A stretch of DNA of 64,000 nt, from NCBI GenBank assembly GCA_964016885.1, contig CAXHJY010000992.1, positions 85,786 to 149,785 on the forward strand, read 5' to 3'. Below the pieces are notes generated by a model. The model searched no databases and was not told where the DNA came from. It saw only the letters and a program-made list of their open reading frames with translations. Origin of the DNA: Eledone cirrhosa. Its lineage: Eukaryota. The position numbers were made by a program, and so were the translations under genes. Below, one piece after another: positions 56,399 to 64,000 of the stretch (the first letter of the stretch is position 1; each line of letters starts with the position of its first letter).

Positions 56399-57574
56399 GG
56401 AGAACATGATATGAAGGCTAAAAAACACTTGTGGATAGTGCAGTTTTAAATCAACATATGAAAAGTGGTTTTAGATTGATGTGTGATATTGGGAAAAATA
56501 TTTTATTTAGAGAGGGGGGGGGTGGAAAGGATGAAAAAGGGGAGGAGATGAGGGTGGAGAGGGAGAGATGGGTGATAGAGAGAGAGAGATAGTTTTTATA
56601 ACTGAGAGAAGATATATTGTTTTACATAGAGAGGTTGAAAACCGTTGGAAGATAATGTATAAATTAAAAGAATTTGAAAATTAACGAAGGGAAAAATATG
56701 TACGAGGAAAAAATATTTTATTTAGGGATTGCGGGGTGGAAAGGATGAAAAAAGGGGAGGAGATGAGAGTGGAGGTGGAGAGGGAGAGATGGGTGATAGA
56801 GAGAAAGAGATAGTTTTTATAATTGAGAAAAGATATATTGTTTTACATAGAGAGGTTGAGAACCGTTGGAAGATAATGTATAAATTAAAAGAATTTAAAA
56901 ATTAACGAAGGGAAAAGTATGTACGAGGAAAGATAGGGAGTTTATGTATGAAGATAGAGAGAAAAAAAATAAATAATTGCGGATGAATATTCTAACGTCA
57001 AAAAGGTGTATGTTGATAAGTATTGTGGCAATTTCAAAATTAACGAAGAGAAAAAATTATTAAGGTTTGTGTGTAGAAGGATTTGAGAAAAATAATGTGA
57101 AGTTAAAGTTTGTATATTGAAGGAATTGATAATATGTGCAAAGAAAGAGTTAATATGTATTAAAAAATTATTAAGGTTTGTGTATTAGATGATTTGAGAA
57201 AAATAATGTGAAGTTAAGGTTTGTATATTGAAGGAGTTGATAATATGTGCGAAGAAAGAGTTAATATGTATTAAGAATGAGTTCGTTGATGGGGAGAAAA
57301 AAATAATAAATTAAGGATGAAATTGAGATTAAAAAGTTTTATGATAGAGAGAAAAAATAATAATAATTGCGGATGAATATTCTAACGTCAAAAAAACAAA
57401 TGTATATGTTATGAAGGATTTTACAAGGTGAAGATAGAATGAGGGTAATGAGTAAACAAGTATTATAGAGTGTATAATGCCCTTTGAAGTAAGGTAGGAA
57501 GATGGGTATATTTTAAAGAGGTGTATGTATATGTGCCTTTGAGAAAAGATTCTAATTTGATAAAGAATTGAATA

Positions 57575-58465
57575 TTAGCTGTATACTTTGTGAAAAGTCC
57601 TATGGAATTTATGCAGGCAGATAGAAAACAAATCTGTACGTCTGTTTATTATAGAATCTAGATTAGAGATAATGGTAAATTTTTCATTTAGGCAGAGATT
57701 ACAGATTTTAGATGTTCAAGTATGAGGATGCAGAAGAAACCTTCTTCCAAAAGATGGTATATTTAATGTTTTTGTCTTTCAAGGACCATATGAGTTCCGA
57801 GAGAGCCGTGTTGGTTCTTTTAAGTTTGTATTTAAAAGATGAATGGTGATTATAGAGACGAGCTTTAAAAGAGGTGGAAGTGGAGCCAAAATAGGTGAAG
57901 GAATTGGTGCTAGTTATAACTTTACATTCATAAATTAAGTTTTTATCAAGACAATGGTTGTTGAGAGGACATTTATTTTTAATGCGGCAGTTGCAATTAG
58001 AGAGATTATTGAGTGACCTAGTGTTATCTATAGAAGGAATTGGATTGGAGAAGTTGTTTGCGATAGGAATAATAGGAATAATAGTTTCTTGATTTAGAGT
58101 TGGATTATGAACATTTAGCGAAGTTGTGTTTGACGTTGTATTTGGGTTTACAGAAGTTAGCCTAGGGTTTACAATGACGTCGGGAGTACTATTACTATTA
58201 TTATGAAATTCAATGTTGGAAGGAAGAGATTTAGTATTTTATTGTTGTGTTTAGAGATGATGTTGGAAATATTGGAGGATGTAGAATAAGAAAATTTGAT
58301 GGTGTGTTTGTTACATATTTTACTATAGATATGTGAGGGAGGGAAGCATTTATTTAAGGCACTAAAAAATAATTTAGGAATATTGTTATTAATAGAGATG
58401 GAGAAAGGAGCATTATACCAGATTATGTTTTTGTGTCTAGGTCTTTTATTAAAGTTATTGGATTA
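57575..58465 (-). pseudogene. PLE linker + GIY-YIG endonuclease remnant
   Basis: [49 protein letters not shown]...YFG, FKARLYNH, TALSELIWSLKD, CNLCLNEK; frameshifted. Confidence 0.85.
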
Positions 58466-58468
58466 ATT

Positions 58469-60092
<1,624 letters not shown>

Positions 60093-60536
60093 GGTGGCTG
60101 CCAACTCGTTTTCGAGTACGGCCACTACTTTATATCCATGTAGGAGAACCCCTACCGATGCGCTGAACGAGTGTGAATTTTTAGTCCAGCCAGCGACTTG
60201 AAAACTCTGGTACAAACACTACACTTGTGACAATTATTGACACAGTGCTGGGCCCATGGTACCATGTGACGGCAAGTGCAGAGAGATCTCCAGATATAAA
60301 GCAATGCCTGTGCCGTGAAGCTTTTATAGTGAGCAAAGGCACTGCACAAAGCCAGTTCCACTCTCTTAACCAAGATGATATTTACCAAAAAGAAGAACAA
60401 GTCAACATCATTGGATACCATCAGGGTTGCAGGTGTTATATCAGAGTTTTCCTTCTCCTAGAATTCTGCCTTGACAAAGGCTAAGGTGTCATCTCTCCCA
60501 GTGATTTTGGATGGCCATTGACTCTTAAGAGCTCCT
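60093..60536 (-). mobile_element. Unclassified element with C2H2 remnant (copy 2, shorter at the 5' end)
   Basis: ORF 60152-60421 ends [23 protein letters not shown]; matches 24284-24705. Confidence 0.6.
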
Positions 60537-60690
60537 ACATATATATATACATATATATATACATATATATATACATATATATATACATACATATATACAT
60601 ATATATATACATACATATATACATATATATATACATACATATATACATATATATATACATACATAAATACATATATATATACATAAATAC

Positions 60691-60723
<33 letters not shown>

Positions 60724-60744
60724 CATACATATACATACATATAC

Positions 60745-60775
<31 letters not shown>

Positions 60776-60790
60776 TACATATACATACAT

Positions 60791-60823
<33 letters not shown>

Positions 60824-60830
60824 CATACAT

Positions 60831-60861
<31 letters not shown>

Positions 60862-60917
60862 CATACATATATATATATATATACATACATACATATATAT
60901 ATATATATACATACATA

Positions 60918-62920
60918 CCCCATGTAGACCCTATAGAGGGACCAGCAGTACAAGTCAGCGGCAGCGTAGTAAGTAAGGCAATCAGAGATATGTAGATGGG
61001 GAAGGCAACCGGTCCATCGGGTATAGCTGCCGAGATGCTGAAGGCATCCGGGTCTGTAGGTCACACTATAACCACACGTATCGTTAACCAGGTAATACTA
61101 GAAGGGGCCATACCAAAAGATTGGTGCAGTAGCATCATTGTCAACTGCTACAAAGGTAAAGGCGATGCACTAGATAGAGGAAACTATAGAGGTATAAAGT
61201 TGATGGACCAGGTCATGAAAGTAACAGAAAGAGTTATAGCACAGCTGATTAGGGACTGGGTGAATATAGACGAGATGCAATTTGGGTTTGTACCAGGGAG
61301 AAGCACCACTGATGCCCTCTTCCTTGTGAGGCAATTACAGGAAAAGTACCTAGCTAAAAGTAAGCCACTCTACTTGGCATTTGTCGACCTTGAGAAAGCC
61401 TTTGACAGAGTTCCACGTGCAGTAATCTGGTGGGCTCTTAGAAAACTAGGAGTAGATGAATGGCTTGTGAAAGTGGTACAAGCCATGTATAGGGGAGCAG
61501 TCAGCAAAGTTAGGATTAGCAATGAGTATAGCGAGGAATTTAGCGTACAGGTTGGGGTCCACCAGGGCTCTGTTCTTAGCCCTCTCCTGTTCATCATAGT
61601 CCTGCAGGCAATAACGGAGGAGTTTAAGACCGAATGCCCATGGGAACTCCTGTATGCTGATGACCTCGCACTCATAGCTGAATCTATGGTAGAACTAGAG
61701 AATAAATTCCAAACCTGGAAGCAGTGACTAGAGAGAAAGGGCCTCAAAGTCAACATGACAAAGACTAAGGTCCTTGTAAGTAGACGAGAAAACAGAACCC
61801 AGATCCCCTCAGGGAAATGGCCTTGCTCAGTATGTAGGAAAGGTGTAGGTAGGAACTCCATTCTCTGCTCCAAATGCAAACAATGGGTACACAAGAGATG
61901 TAGCGGGATCTCAGGAAGCTTAATTAAGAATGTAGGATTCACATGCAGCAGCTGTGCTGAAACAGCAAGCAAACAGCCACAGGAAACAAGTACCACCAAT
62001 CTCTGGGAGGGCCCTGTAGAAACAGTAGACAGGTTCTGCTACCTAGGTGACCGAATTAGCAACGGAGGTGGGTGCTCAGAAAGTACAATAACTAGGGTAA
62101 GAACGGGATGGAAGAAGTTCAGGGAACTACTGCCACTGCTAGCTGCAAAAGGCTTCTCCCTCAGAATGAAAGGCAGACTGTATGATGCGTGTATCCGAAC
62201 AGCGATGTTGCATGGTAGTGAGACCTGGGCGATGAAGGTGGAAGACTTACATAGATTAGAGAGAAACGAAGCCTGCATGCTCCGATGGATGTGTAACAGT
62301 AATATACGTGAACGACAAAGCATAAAGGAATTGAGAGAGAGACTGAGCATAAGAGGAATCAAATGCTGCGTGCAGGAGAGGCGGTTACGCTGGTATGGAC
62401 ATGTGATGCGTATGAAGGATGACAGCTGCATAAAAAGGTGCAGAGCACTAGAAGTTGATGGAAACCGCGGAGTGGGGAGACCCAAGATGACTTGGGATGA
62501 GGTGATAAAAGCCGACCTTACCCAACTACACCTCTCAAAGACAATGACACACGACCGTGACTTCTGGCGTCACGCAGTAATACAGGGTACCCGACCTCCC
62601 ATGGGTACATGCTGAAGCATATAAACAATATGCCCCCACTCCCCCCACCGCAAGGTGGTCGTGGAGGTGCCACGGCAAAAAAGCACCCAGCCCACACTGT
62701 AAAGTGGACGTGTAGGCGCCAGGAAAAAGCACCCAGCACTCACTGTAAATGAGGTTGGTGATAGGAAGGGCATCCAGCTGTAGAAATCAAGCCAGATCAG
62801 TTCCTGTATGAGCAAGGCATGGTCAGCCGACCAGACACAGCCCTCAACAGGACAACCCGTCTAACCCATGCTAGCGTGGAAGAACGGACGTAAAACAGTG
62901 ATGATGATGATGATGATGAT
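60918..62920 (+). mobile_element. RTE LINE family C, 5'-truncated, two premature stops
   Basis: ORFs 60996-61727 and 61755-62615 are in one frame with RT and PHD-type finger; ~280-bp UTR; (ATG)n. Confidence 0.95.
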
Positions 62921-63042
62921 ATATATATACATACATACACATACATATATATATATACATATACATACATATATATATATATATATACATACATATACAT
63001 ACATATACATATACATATACATACATATACATATATATATAC

Positions 63043-64000
63043 AAACCGTGATATTGTCGGGGAGAAGTGTGTACTAAACGACGATGGCACACTTGCCATC
63101 ACCGACGCTGATAAGAAGGTAGCTTGGAAGTGTCACTATGAAAGGCTTCTAAATGAGGAGAATAATTGGGAGAAAGGCAGTCTCCCCCATATCGACCCAA
63201 TAGAGGGACCAGCAGTGTTAGTCGAGGGGAGTATAATAAGTAAGGCAATCAAGGATATGAAGACTGGTAAGGCGGCTGGGCCTTCGGAAATAGTTGCTGA
63301 GATGCTGAAGGCATCTGGCACGGTGGGACACACCATGGTCACCCGCATAGTTAACCAAGTCGTACAAAACGGGGTTGTTCCGAAGGACTGGCATAGCAGC
63401 ATCATCGTTAACTGTTATAAGGGTAAAGGAGACGCCCTAGATAGGAGTAACTATAGAGGCATTAAATTAATCGACCAGGTCATGAAGGTCACGGAAAGAG
63501 TAATAGCGCAACTAATCAGAGAGAGAATTGACCTAGATGAAATGCAGTTCGGGTTTGTGTCAGGCAAAAGTACCACAGACGCTCTTTTCATAGTACGACA
63601 ACTACAAGAGAAGTACCTAGCTAAAGGTAAACCCCTCTACTTAGCTTTTGTCGACTTGGAGAAAGCCTTCGACAGAGTCCCCCGCTCCATTATCTGGTGG
63701 GCTCTTAGAAAACTAGGCGTTGACGAATGGCTTGTGAGGGCTATACAAGCCATGTATAAAGAAACAGTCAGCAAGGTTAGAATTAACAACGAATATAGTG
63801 AAGAGTTTAGCGTAAAAGTCGGCGTCCATCAGGCTCTGTTCTCAGTCCACTACTATTTATTATTGCCCTTCAGGCCATAACAGAGGAGTTCAAGACAGGC
63901 TGCCCATGGGAACTCCTATACGCAGACGACCTGACACTCATAGCGGAATCAATGGCCGAGCTAGAGAAGAAATTCCAAACATGGAAGCACGGCCTAGAGT
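63043..64000 (+). mobile_element. RTE family A 5'-truncated copy, continues past the window end
   Basis: Matches the family A RT; 1-nt deletion near 63833. Confidence 0.95.

Larger units (their letters stand above)
56204..58468 (-). mobile_element. Second Naiad-type Penelope element, 5'-truncated; pLTR has internal tandem duplications
   Basis: ORF remnant 57575-58465, hammerhead in the pLTR, ~215-bp and ~110-bp tandem repeats. Confidence 0.85.

Overview
Eukaryotic, repeat-saturated window; the SINE and (TA)n content suggests an octopus-like mollusc (inference). The only host coding sequence I can support is two minus-strand exons (26539-26666 and 14151-14446) that splice in frame into a coiled-coil segment resembling CAMSAP/Patronin; the rest appears intronic. 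The window holds three minisatellites, many long (TA)n arrays, and at least 15 copies or fragments of three related RTE-clade LINE families (A, B, C). Two family-A copies have intact ~1060-aa APE+RT ORFs, and all three families carry a PHD-type finger inserted just after the RT core. Also present: two Naiad-like Penelope elements, orphan pseudo-LTR pieces, two Helitrons, a decayed DD37D (maT) transposon, SINEs and three long palindromes. The most notable signal is nine hammerhead-ribozyme motifs in six sequence families, including a U3-A8 compensatory core and a three-copy CAGAAGA core variant. LINEs repeatedly sit tail-to-tail across (TA)n arrays, forming kilobase inverted repeats. All calls were read by eye; repeat boundaries are approximate.
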